Shown here piece by piece: positions 1 to 10,595 of a stretch of DNA of 64,000 nucleotides. A program made the translations under genes and the position numbers. Origin of the DNA: Octopus sinensis (taxonomy: Eukaryota); the NCBI RefSeq assembly GCF_006345805.1, contig NC_042997.1, positions 213,032,001 through 213,096,000 of the forward strand. The letters run 5' to 3'. The notes under the pieces are model-generated. The model was given only the letters and a program-made list of their open reading frames with translations, ran no database searches and had not been told where the DNA came from. Numbering within the stretch: position 1 is the first letter of the stretch; the number at the start of each line of letters is the position of its first letter.

Positions 1-62
1 GCATACATATATACATGGTGTTTTGCTTCATTATTTTGTGTGTAATATGCATCATCCAAAAA

Positions 63-826
63 GGCGGTAAGCTGGTAGAATCATTAGCACGCCGGGTGAA
101 ACGCTTAGTGGTATTTCATCTGTCTTTATGTTCTGAGTTCAAATTCCACTGAAGTCGACTTTGTTTTTCATCCTTTCGGGGTCGATTAAATAAGTACCAG
201 TTACACACTGGAGTTAATATGATGGACTTAATCCATTTGTCTGTCCTTGTTTGTCCCCTCTATGTTTAGCCCCTTGTGGGTAATAAAGAAATAGGTATTT
301 CGTCTGTCTTTATGTTCTGAGTTCAAATTCCACTGAAGTCGACTTTGCTTTTCATCCTTTCGGGGTCGATTAAATAAGTACCAGTTACACACTGGAGTTG
401 ATATAATGGACTTAATCCATTTTTCTGTCCTTGTTTGTCCTCTCTGTGTTTAGCCCCTTGAGGGTAGTAAAGAAATAGGTATTTCGTCTGTCTTTATGTT
501 CTGAGTTCAAATTCCACTGAAGTCGACTTTGCTTTTCATCCTTTCGGGGTCGATTAAATAAGTACCAGTTACACACTGGAGTTGATATAATGGACTTAAT
601 CCATTTGTCTGTCCTTGTTTGTCCTCTCTGTGTTTAGTCCCTTGAGGGTAGTAAAGAAATAGGTATTTCGTCTGTCTTTATGTTCTGAGTTCAAATTCCA
701 CTGAGGTCGACTTTGCCTTTCTTCCTTTTGAGTCAATAAATTAAGAACCAGTTGCATACTGGGGTCGATCTAATTGACTGGCACCCTCCCCAAAAATTTC
801 GGGCCTTGTGCCTAGAGTAGAAAGAA
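63..826 (+). mobile_element. tRNA-derived SINE (family D) with an internal 184-bp unit in tandem
   Basis: Head ggcggtaagctggtagaatcattagc at 63 and box-B-like gttcaaattcc. The unit start ggtatttc recurs at 110, 294, 478 and 662. The last unit ends in a different tail (gggccttgtgcctagagtagaaagaa). The same family occurs at 25704-26300 and 42583-42817. Confidence 0.85.
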
Positions 827-947
827 ATATATATCATCGATAAGGTTTACCCATAATTACTATAAAGTTTTAGAGAAATAATCATATAGCCACGAGATTG
901 CGCATATCTGTCTATTTATCTATACGTGTGTTAGTAAGTAGGCATAT

Positions 948-1215
948 CATCATCATCATCATTTAACGTCTGCTTTCCATGCTGGCATGGGATGGATGGT
1001 TTGACCGAGGACTGGCAAGCCAGATGGCTGCCCCAGTGTCCAATCTGATCCGGCAGAGTTTCTACAGCTGGATGCCCTTCCTAACGCCAACCACTCCGAG
1101 AGTGTAGTGGGTGCTTTTACATGCCACCAGCATGAGGGCCAGTCAGGTGGTACAAGCAATGGCCACACTCAAATGGTGTTTTTTACGTGCCACCAGCACA
1201 GGAGCCAATCCAGCA
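948..1215 (-). mobile_element. ORF-less RTE-LINE 3' tail
   Basis: (cat)n followed by ttaacgtctgctttccatgctggcatggg...ctggatgcccttcctaacgccaacc, the reverse complement of the 3' end of the RTE at 50200-50410. Confidence 0.85.
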
Positions 1216-1255
1216 GCACTGTAAATATAATATGTGACAATTATTCGGTAGCCAT

Positions 1256-1316
1256 GATAAAACTCCGAGTTTCAGAATTCGGGGCGGAAACCCATGCTGG
1301 CATCACTTCAGTTATC
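1256..1316 (-). ncRNA. degenerate hammerhead-ribozyme-like motif
   Basis: Minus strand: gataa-CTGAAGT-...-GAAA-ctcggag-TT-ttatc. Stem I (gataa/ttatc) is perfect and stem III (ACTC-G-GAGT) is near-palindromic, but core A9 is changed and stem II is unclear. Confidence 0.35.
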
Positions 1317-1479
1317 GGACCATCGAAAAAAATTCTATGAAAATGACCATTAAAACAAAGGGAACTTACTGTGTGATTGACCATTATCAAGACGAAAGAG
1401 CTATTAGAATGACCGCTAAGTAAAGGGAGGGAGTAAAAGTAAGGGAGTAAAAATGTTCATAGTAATCGCATAAGCGTGC

Positions 1480-1880
1480 ATGTCCATACATACACATGTG
1501 CGCCTGCACACCCATGTACATGCACCTATAAGTATATACTCATCCACCCTCACTTGAAACACACACATGCTCGTATACACACATGCATACACACACACGT
1601 ACACAAAAAAGTTCATACACACGTCTATAAATGCACATGCACAAGAAAAAGCAGGGTTAAAGGCAAAATACAGAAAAATGTGTAAAAAAGTGTAAAAAAT
1701 AAGCAATAAGAGTAAAACACGTCTATGTACGCACATACTCGCATGCATGCATACACACACGTCTATACATGCACATACCCGCACACACACACATCCACGC
1801 ATGCGCACAAAAAATTTCATATACACCTCTATATACACACAGGAAAAATGCAGGGTGGAAGGTAAAATACAGAAATCCTT
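1480..1880. repeat. degenerate CA/CATA-rich tract containing a diverged tandem duplication
   Basis: gcagggttaaaggcaaaatacagaaa (about 1650) recurs as gcagggtggaaggtaaaatacagaaa (about 1850) within CA-rich sequence. Confidence 0.6.
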
Positions 1881-1954
1881 TGTGCAGGTTGTTCAGGAAG
1901 AAATTTCAGAAACATTTTTCTTGGACTACGAAAGCCTACACTCAATCATACATA

Positions 1955-2062
1955 TCATCATCATCATCGTTTAACGTCCGCTTTCCATGCTAGCATGGGT
2001 TGGACGGTTCAACTGGGGTCTGGGGAGCCCGAAGGCTGCACCAGGCCAGTCAGATGCAGCCT
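1955..2062 (-). mobile_element. short RTE 3' tail
   Basis: catcatcatcgtttaacgtccgctttccatgctagcatggg, the same tail as other copies. Confidence 0.8.
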
Positions 2063-2268
2063 TAGGGCTCCCTAGACCCCAGTTTATATGTTTATCAATT
2101 TGTGTTGCAAGATTCCTGAAGTGAAATCGTGTTGTTGAAACAGATATTGTTGTATTTCGGGATGGTTATAGTTTTTCTTTTTTTCTGCCAAATAAACACA
2201 CATATTATATATTTGTTCTTCACTTGTTTATTAATGTTCTTATTTTTTAAATTTTAACTCATGTCCAT

Positions 2269-2313
2269 TGTCCAGAAATCTTTCGTCACACATCTGCGAC
2301 CTCTTCAGTGACA
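2269..2313 (-). ncRNA. minimal type I hammerhead ribozyme (left arm)
   Basis: Minus strand: tgtca CTGAAGA g gtcgca gatg tgtgac GAAA gattTC tggaca. Conserved core, 6-bp stem II with a tetraloop, and self-complementary AGAUUU stem III. Confidence 0.7.
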
Positions 2314-2415
2314 CTTTTCGTTTTTGTGTGCACTCTTTCTCCACTTAACTCCATTCTGTTTGGAGCAAGTGGAGAATAGAGTATATGGAGCAAGAGCACA
2401 CATGGAAATGAAAAG

Positions 2416-2460
2416 TGTCGCTGAAGAGGTCACAGATGTGTGACGAAAGATTTCCGGACA
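2416..2460 (+). ncRNA. minimal type I hammerhead ribozyme (right arm)
   Basis: tgtcg CTGAAGA(2421-2427) g gtcaca gatg tgtgac GAAA(2445-2448) gattTC cggaca. Predicted cleavage is after C2454. The first stem I pair is G-C here and A-U in the left arm. Confidence 0.72.
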
Positions 2461-2575
2461 ATGGACATGAGTTAAAATTTTTTAAAATAAGAACAGTAAT
2501 AAACGAATAAAGAACAAATATATAGTGCATGTGTTTATTTAGCAAAAAAATGACTATCCTCAAATACAACAATAT

Positions 2576-2850
2576 ATGTAAATATTCTTGGACTAACGGC
2601 TCTAAATTTCTGTCTTTGTCATTTATTCGTTCGGAACCCTAACCTTCCACAAATTTTACATTTTAAAAATTTCTAGATGCTAAAGTCTTATGAAGTTTTC
2701 CTGTCTAGTTGTTAAAAAGCAAGAAACATGGAGTAATTAACAGTCGACAACTGAGGGGAGGGGGTTAGACTTCTTTTGGTATTTTGTCCCGTACTTATCT
2801 CCCGTTGTGTGTATACATATTTTTCACTTGTTGGTGATGTTCTGTTCTTA
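2576..2850 (+). repeat. dispersed repeat related to 31745-32050, possibly Penelope-terminal-like
   Basis: gaaacatggagtaattaacagtcgacaactgagggg and the end ttgttggtgatgttctg resemble the minus strand of 31745-31910 (gaaataaggagtagatagacaaccaataactgatgaaggg; ctgttggtgatgtcctg). Confidence 0.4.
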
Positions 2851-2907
2851 ATGTGTATTTTTCATTTATACACACACACACATTGGTGGTGGTGGTGGTG
2901 GTGGTGG

Positions 2908-4605
2908 TCTAACATTTCAGGTATGCTAAAATAGAGAGACAAATCAAAGAACTTGAAATATTTAAAATAAAATTATAATTAATTCTATACCTTTCTGGTT
3001 AATGTTTGAGCAATAAAGCTATTTATAACTGCTTTCATCAAAGGTAGACTTCGGGGGAATTAGTGGCAATAATATCAGAGAAAGTCAAGCCTTACCTTAT
3101 CAACATAGTTTTAATCAAGAAACCTTTCTCTACTCAAACTGATTCTCTAATTTAATTATCATTTCTATTCCAAAATTACTGTAAATCATATAAAAGCCAT
3201 TGTACTTCCTGTAGGAGTAGCAACAAAATGATTTTTGTTTCCCATTTTGCTAAGAAATTTTATTAAAATTTTTGCCTTCTGTTCACATGACAGTTAAAAA
3301 AAAATTACAGATGGAATAACGTAGGTACATTTGGTGCACGTGTTTAAGTTGCAGTGACAGCATTTTATATGAAATTTACTGGAGGGGAAATAACTAAAAA
3401 CCAAATGAAGCCATTAGTTCAAAAGATTGTCTTTTATGAAATAATATCCTGCAGGTAGTTGCTTGCAATCTATTCTTATGTGCAGCTCCTTTTCTTTCTT
3501 TCTTTGTATTTCCTAAATTCCCAGGGAGAATTTTGTGTACCCTTCACAATTTATACTTCTCTAAATGTCACATAATTCCTTCATAAACAGCAATTGCCTT
3601 TCACATAAATAAAATTCATTTTCTTTTTTGTTTTATTGTTATCTCATAGTTTTATACAACAGGAATGGATTTTGAAATACTCATTATCTTTAGCCCTAAA
3701 CATTTGCGTCAAACAAAAACTCTTTAGAAGTCATTTCTAAATGAATTCTTCAATCCAAAGCATATCCTATAAATTCATTAAAATTATTACATAATACTTA
3801 TAAATTCAGTGAAAAGGGGGAAAAATCACAATTTTATTTTTTTTTTCCAAAGGTTGTGAAACAGTCAAGATTATTTTTTATTGAAGCCAAATCAGATTTG
3901 TTTAAGGAAGATTGTATTTCTCTGCTTAAATGAATAGATTATCTAAAGAAATAAAATACTGATTAAATTCTTCAATATCATGATAACATAGCCAACATAG
4001 ATAAATTACATTATTGATCTTTGGTTTTTAATTCCAAGATCCATTCCATAAATTTCATGAGAATGTTCATATCATGGAACTATCGAAAGTCAATGAGAAC
4101 ATTAAGTCAATTACAGAAATTGATGTAATTTTCTTTTGCCCAAATATTAAGACATAATAAACTATGTACGAAATAGGTAAATATTTATCATTCCCCCTAT
4201 ACTATTGATGTAAAATACCCTATTCTCCTCGCCTCACATACTGACAGGATTGTTAAAAGTCAGGGAGCTGTACAATACTCAAGAGATGAAACTGACGTAA
4301 AATTTAATGTAATATAATATTTTTGACATTGGCACTAAATTTCAAGATAGAATGTAATTATGTCTACAATTACTTGAGCTGATATGCAAATTTATTCGAC
4401 TGGCAGTAAAATCTCAACATATTGCTTCGTATCTCAATTTTCTCTGTGATTGAGTCAGCCAGTTCAGGTAGATCACTGCCGTATTTACATTCCAATATTC
4501 TTACACAATAAACATCAAAACAGAATGGGTTACATTGTAATATCGCTGCAGATTTCCTGGAGATTACTTATTGATCACTATTGTTAAGCATTTGTAAAAT
4601 ATCAT
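2908..4605 (-). pseudogene. heavily decayed Toll-like-receptor-like gene (LRRNT/LRR...TIR relics)
   Basis: Manual minus-strand translation, in order: ATG 4605 MIFYKCLTIVI; LQCNPFCFDVYC..ECKYGSDLPELADSITEKIEIRSNML (LRRNT/LRR-like); FQNPF; KYNGFYMIYS, EKGF, GLTFSDII, GIELIIILF and AYLKC, resembling the TIR YDAFISYS / G..I.D.I / LIVI / YLEW motifs. Many stops and frameshifts. Confidence 0.45.
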
Positions 4606-4869
4606 AAAATCACCATCACAACCACCACCATCATCATCATCATTATTTGAACGACTTATTTTTTCCCCCCATTTTCCTTTGGTTTCTATCTCCTAATGCA
4701 CCTTAATCCTTCTTTATCTCTCTGTCAGAGCCAGCATACTCAAGCCTGACCACACAACATCTTACCATAGACATAACTTACATCAATGTACACCACAATA
4801 AACTAAGATCTCTGTAGCAAAATATGTTGCGAAATGGTTTTCAGTGCTTTATTTGTCATATTCACGGAA

Positions 4870-6170
4870 TATTTTGGCAGGAGACATTTATGTAAGAATA
4901 AAGAATATACAGGAAATGGTTATTAGCAGAAGTGTATGAAGGGAGAGAAAAAGCTTTGAGCTTCAATGGGACAAATATAGAACTATCTACAGAAATCGGT
5001 ATGGTTATAATGAATACACCATACTGTAGACAGTTTAAACAGTTGGAGATAGAAAACTGCAACATTTAAAGGGATACTCAAAGAAACGTGAGGGTCCTTT
5101 GTTGCAGAAGATCCTCTGCTAAAGGAGTTTCCATCAATCATTGTTATTCTTCAATAACTCAAAGTATAACGGTAGGGTCAATATTTCAAAGTATAAAAAT
5201 GTGTATGCACTGTCTATAGGCATGTACACATAGAACACACATACTTGCACACACATGCATGCACACACACACACACACACACACATACACATGGAGTGGT
5301 TGGTATTAGGAAGGGCATCCAGTTGTAGAAACCCTGCCAGATCAGACTGGAGCCTGGTGCAGTATCCTGGCTTCCCAGACCCCAGTTGAACCGTCCAACC
5401 CATGCTAGCATGGAAAATGGTTGTTAAACGATGATGATGATGATGATGATATATATATATATACACATATATATGCACATACATACACACATATATATAT
5501 TATGCTATGCTTAGAAGTGATGCACTTAACCTTGTTATCATATACTTCTTATAAAGGGCTTCATTCATTTTCCATAATCCAACTCTTCTCACAAGGTTTT
5601 GGTCAGTCTGATTATATAATAGAAGACACTTGTGCAAGGTGCCATGCAGTGGAACAGAACCCAAAACCTTGTGCTTTACAGGAAATCTTCTCAACCTCAC
5701 ACTCATGCCTGCACCAATGTTGGAATTAACTTTTGCAAATAAATTCTGTTGACCTTACAACACTAAATATAGAATTTTGGTTTATGCATCAGTGTTTTGT
5801 CATGAATTAGGTAGAATAACGCTGTGTGTTTCCTTGACATTGAAATGATTTAAAGGAGAAAACATTCTTCAAATCAAAAATGTCTAAGATATTTAAAATT
5901 CAACAAATTAAAGTGCGTTAGTTTATTTCAGGAATAGGAAAGCACAGCAGTGTATCTATCAATTTCTTTTTCAATGGCAATCAATAAAACGTATTTTCCT
6001 TTCCTGAGAATTGTAATGTTTCTCTTAAAATGTCTCCCAGAATATTCACAAATGATTTTAATGTCTTTGCTTTTCTGACTTGGATATTGAGAAATAGAAA
6101 TATGAATCAGGGATAAAAAAAAACTTCTTTTATTTGTAACGGTTAATGAAGAATTACCATTGATAATAGA
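4870..6170 (+). pseudogene. possible LRR coding relic interrupted by repeats
   Basis: LSFNGTNI, FKQLEIENCNI (about 5030-5065), LRYLKFNKL, FNGNQ and FTNDFNVFAFLTWIL (LRRCT-like). AT-rich DNA can give such motifs by chance. Confidence 0.28.
5290..5450 (+). mobile_element. RTE 3' tail
   Basis: ggagtggttggtattaggaagggcatccagttgtagaaac...ccatgctagcatggaaa...(gat)n. Confidence 0.85.
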
Positions 6171-6212
6171 GCTTCTTGAATCTTAGAATGTGTGTGTGTG
6201 TATACATGCACT

Positions 6213-6251
<39 letters not shown>

Positions 6252-6343
6252 GACGTCAGTAGTTCATATAACCAGAAAAGCACACTCAAAAACATTAGAG
6301 CAGTAATATATTTTTAGGAAGTTAATTGTAACAGCCAGTCACA

Positions 6344-7260
6344 GAGTGACCATTGGTTTTGCACCTATAAAGCGCTTAGCTATATTAATGATTTGTCAGA
6401 TTCAAATGGCTGAAGGGGCATAACCTCTCTACAACTGGAGGAATAAATACGTCACAGTCAATTAATTTTGTAAACAAAATATATTTGTCCATGTGGGGAT
6501 ACTGCAGATAGGATGGATTTATCTCCTTTACATAGGCTCTGGGTGTGGTGATATTTGAAGAAGCTGTAGTGAGTCTATTAAAAAAATGGGAATTCCAAGC
6601 TTGTTGTAGGAAAAGTTTTAGGTGTGGGCATTGATTAAATACTTCCTTCAAGGAGTTTAAAGGGTCTCCAGGTTGAGTGAGTTTTTTTTTTTAATTCATG
6701 TCGTCTCGTTTGCTCCCATTTATATAAGACCCCGGTTGGTCTAGGAGCTTCTATTTAATTATGTATGGGGTTCCTTCCTCTTTTAAGAGCCATACATGGC
6801 TAGTCAGGGACATGATGTTGCACCTTTCTTTTATGCTAATAGAGGACCTGTGGTTGCTCAGATATTGCTTAAACAGGGGCTCAGTTGAACCAGCATATTT
6901 TCATGTCTGTCTATTGGATGTGCTACCATGATGATGTTTCTTTCATTAACTCCAGGTCTTATGTCATTTTTGTTGTTGCTGGAGTCACTGCCAGTGCTAA
7001 TATCCCTGGACTTGATTCTGGTGGTTCTGTTGTTGCTGACATAGCAGCTATTTCCTCTTCTCTCTCAATGTAGAATTTGTTGGGTAAGAATTATACAGCA
7101 CCTCTCGCATGGACAAATACTTTTTGTCTACAAAACTAACTAACCATGAAATATTCCTTCCTCCAGTTGTAAAGAGGTTATGCACCTTCTGCCATTTGAG
7201 TTTGGTGGGTTGCCTATACTGTTAAGTGCTTTATAGATGCGAAACGACCAGCCACAAAGA
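6344..7260 (-). mobile_element. Penelope-like element relic: GIY-YIG endonuclease C-terminus flanked by inverted terminal repeats
   Basis: Minus 6900-6721 reads KYAGSTEPLFKQYLSNHRSS...SLTSHVWLLKEEGTPYIIK*KLL, followed by KEVFNQCPHLKLFL, matching Penelope GIY-YIG motifs. 6344-6460 (minus) and 7150-7260 (plus) are diverged inverted copies, each with a decayed hammerhead. Confidence 0.75.
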
Positions 7261-7657
7261 TGAGATCATTGTCATTTGTCTTTGAGGTAGCCTGCAGAAG
7301 AATATGAAAGCTGTTTGTTCATTTGGCAGACTCCCCTGAGGGACATAAACAGAGATAATTGTTGCTGCAAAACTAACCTGAGCTTAAGTACTCTAACACA
7401 CATTCTGACTACCTCTATGACCTTATCAACTCATTTCTCTGCAAGAATTATGCCCACACCACCTACCCTGTCACTATTACCTACCTAGAAGATTTTATAC
7501 CATATATAAATGAGCAATTACCTCCCCTGTCTTAAATAATAACTATCACCAATTACCTCCTCTTAGAATTTTCTACTTGTTGATTCATTAACAAACTTTC
7601 ATACAAAAACATGGTCTAAAAACTTCTTAAGAAACTACGAAATCACAATAATTTCAA

Positions 7658-7690
7658 TGTCATGATTAGCAAAAGCGAAACAAGTCGACA
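7658..7690 (+). ncRNA. decayed minimal hammerhead
   Basis: tgtc ATGATTA gc aaaa gc GAAA caa GTC gaca. Stem I (tgtc/gaca) is perfect, stem II is 2 bp, and the triplet is GUC. The core differs from CTGATGA at two positions. Confidence 0.45.
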
Positions 7691-7949
7691 ACCACAATAC
7701 TCTTTCATTTAAAATATATTAAAAGTATGTAGACTGTGTGCATTTTCCTTCTTTTATTATATATATTTCTTTTTGCATTACAACTCACCATATGAGTGTA
7801 ATCAAAATTCTCTTCCTCACTTTTCTTACCATATATATATATATATATATATAGATTCTTACTAATTTGAGCTCAAGAGCTACAGCCATACTGGGGCAGA
7901 GTCATTAGATTTGCAACACTTTGATTACTTCACTCTTCCTTTGATAATT

Positions 7950-8100
7950 AGCATTTGGTGAATGAGGGAGTTTGGTGCAGTTGCTTTCATTTGCATTTTC
8001 TGTTATAAGGTTGGTTCATCTAGAATTCTTGATGGGAGATCCAATTTTGTTTTAAAGACACCTATATCCACCCCATGTAGGTCTCTCAAGCTTCTCAGGA
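7950..8100 (-). mobile_element. CR1/L2-like LINE 3' end relic
   Basis: Minus translation LRDLHGVDIGVFKTKLDL...DEP...ATAPNSLIHQ resembles the C-terminus of invertebrate CR1-type ORF2. Confidence 0.55.
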
Positions 8101-8119
8101 AGAAGAGAAAGAGCTGTAG

Positions 8120-8590
8120 GTTAGCATCCACTCACATCACATGACCAATCCAGCACAATTTCTCTCTTGCACACTGCATCTAATCCCTCTTATGCTTGAC
8201 TTCTCTCCCAATACACCAGCACTCTGTTGCACAAGAACCCTGACTCTACACATCCAGTGGAGCATACTAACCTCATTCCTCTCCAACCTTCACATGTCTT
8301 CTGCATTCAGAGGACATGAATGCAGTCCTCTGGATGCAGAAGACTCTGCCCATGTCTCCCTACCATGTAGAATTGCTGTCCATAGACATGCATCATACAC
8401 TCTTCCCTTCATTCGGTGAAGGAAACCTTCGTAGCAACAGAGATAAAAACTCTCTGAATGCCTTCCCTCATATTCTTATTCCAGCTGTTACATTCTCCGT
8501 GCATCCTCCCTTACGACTAATTTGGTCCCCTAGGTAACATAAATTATCAACAACCTCTAATGAGCCATGCCTTCATTAGAAATGCTAATG
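8120..8590 (-). mobile_element. RTE RT C-terminal fragment
   Basis: Reverse complement of the region at 49200-49620 (agaataagaata...gcaaagttcagagag; cttagaggcatcag). Confidence 0.8.
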
Positions 8591-8599
8591 TTTCTGAAG

Positions 8600-10077
8600 T
8601 AACAAAGCTTCACAGACTCCCCAGAATCGTAGTATACCATTATTTCTCATAGACATTTAGATTAATGCAAAAGCGGGTTATTTTGTGGAAGCTTCTCAAA
8701 CGTATAATTTTCTTCTGTCTGCGTTGGTTCAGATATACAATGAAATTATCACAATTTTATATTTAAACATTTTATACGTGGTTGCACTTATCTATTTATT
8801 ATTTATTATTTATTCCTTTTTTTCTGAATTTGACTGAAAGTAGGTTTGTTAATGATTCTATGAAGACTCTTCTTTCAATTTCAAGCTGGTTAATAGTAAT
8901 GACTGCTTGATGGTTTGATATAGGAGCAAATAGTCTGCTAAGCCATCACATTCATTTTAGGCAAAAAAGATATTCCTGGAGCTAGGTTTAAGATGCCAAA
9001 AGAATAATAATAAACTGATTTCTTTTCACATCAAAATCTGACACTTTAAAATCGTTATTCTCATCTTCAATTAAATCAATATTTGTTTCCTTTTCTCTTC
9101 ATAAGATATTGTTGATAGAATTAAGTAAAGCTTCCAATAAAACTTAGTAAAATTCAATTCAAAGTGTAATCAGCTGTTGCTTTAAGAACATCCATCTATC
9201 GTTTGGGATACAGTAAACCATGAAGGAACTAATCTTGCAGACATCAAGGATAGAAACTTAACTGAAATTAAAATACAGAGGTAGAACTCTCTAAACAGCC
9301 TTTGTTGGTAGAGCCATGTTATAATCCATGCGTCTTTATCTAAAGTAAACTGAATACTTCTGAATGATTCCAAGAATTATATTTATCCTGGAAGTTAAAT
9401 TACAGTAAAGAGTTAATGGAGAACTCCTGTCAGGCATCAGTTTGTATCATTATAATGGTGAAGCAGAACCTATACCTCTAAAGATAGTAATTATATTGGT
9501 TATGGTTCCTTTAGTTGGTATCAAATGTGTTTTGCTTTGACTTATCATTCATGAGATTTGAGAATCAACTAATCTTGATAAACTAACGAAGTTTAAACAG
9601 ATTATTGTAACTAAGAGTTATTTAATAGACTTTTGTCAGTCTTTTGGAGAAGTTATTCAGGAAAATATCAATTTCAAATAAGTCTGATTATATTCTTCAT
9701 TATTCGATATTTCTAAAAGATTCTGTCGACAAATGTTGTGGATCAAGTTTCCTGACTTTGTTCTTCGAAAGGTCAAAGTTTAGAAGAAAAGATCAAAAGA
9801 GGGAGAGAATGGAAGACATTGGTGACCTCTTGTCATTGGAATTTTGCTATCAACAAGAATGATAGCCAAGTCATTGGAAAGCAATTGATAGAAGATGATC
9901 AAAGATTCTATTATTGATGATAGGTAACTCAGTCTGGCTCTGAAGATCAGCAGTTATTGTGTGCAATAACAATGTTGGTGGAACGGCTTCCAAAGGCTGG
10001 ACTTCATTAGATGTGTGATTAACAAAGAGGCCAATGATAAATGCTGATGGAAACAGAACTATATAAATCACCACCAT
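8600..10077 (-). pseudogene. decayed single-exon LRR (TLR-ectodomain-like) gene
   Basis: ATG 10077 with hydrophobic N-terminus MVVIYIVLFPSAFIIGLF; LEAVPPTL; IINNRIFDHL; LLNFDLSKNKVRKL (exact LxxLxLxxNxL at 9786-9745); NLLEISNN; ITLSYNNL; QNNPLL near 8680. Multiple stops and frameshifts. Confidence 0.5.
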
Positions 10078-10192
10078 TTTAAAATATGAATCGATTCATT
10101 AAAACAAATTGATAGTTCACAGATTTACACCTACATATATTAGCGTGTTAATAGGACACTAGGACACCTCATTCTAGAATTGTTCTATTACA

Positions 10193-10584
10193 TACTAGCA
10201 GTATCGCCCGGCGTTGCTCGGGTTTGTAAGGGAAATAACTATATAAGCATTTTTAGAGATGTAAAGTATAATAGCCATCTCTATATGGCTAACCACAAAG
10301 GGGGAGGGGTGTTACTGTAGCTTTTTACGTTCTGAGATTTAATAATACATTTTTAGAGAGTTACTTCCCTTATATAATAGCAAAAAATGCATTAAAAATG
10401 GGAAAAATTGATGGTAAATTTTTTTTTACTCATCGTAGATGCGCGCTAATACCCAGAAGGGCTCGATATGAATCACGACTATAAGATACCCGCTTTTGGT
10501 TACACTGCACCGCAAAATGTGGGAGTAGTTAGGAATTTAAATCGTAGGAGACAGACATACAACTTCACTTTTATATATAAAGAT
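10193..10584 (+). mobile_element. non-autonomous Helitron-like element
   Basis: 5' tactagcagtatcgcccggcgttgctcggg and 3' ttttatatataaagat, termini typical of short Helitron-like repeats. A second copy lies at 44675-45079. Confidence 0.7.
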
Positions 10585-10595
10585 ATGTATACATA

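Larger units (their letters stand above)
2144..2575. mobile_element. about 430-bp palindromic (foldback) element with a hammerhead motif in each arm
   Basis: atattgttgtattt (2144) pairs with aaatacaacaatat (2562-2575). The arms of about 200 bp are reverse complements around a centre near 2356-2362, and there is no ORF. Confidence 0.85.
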
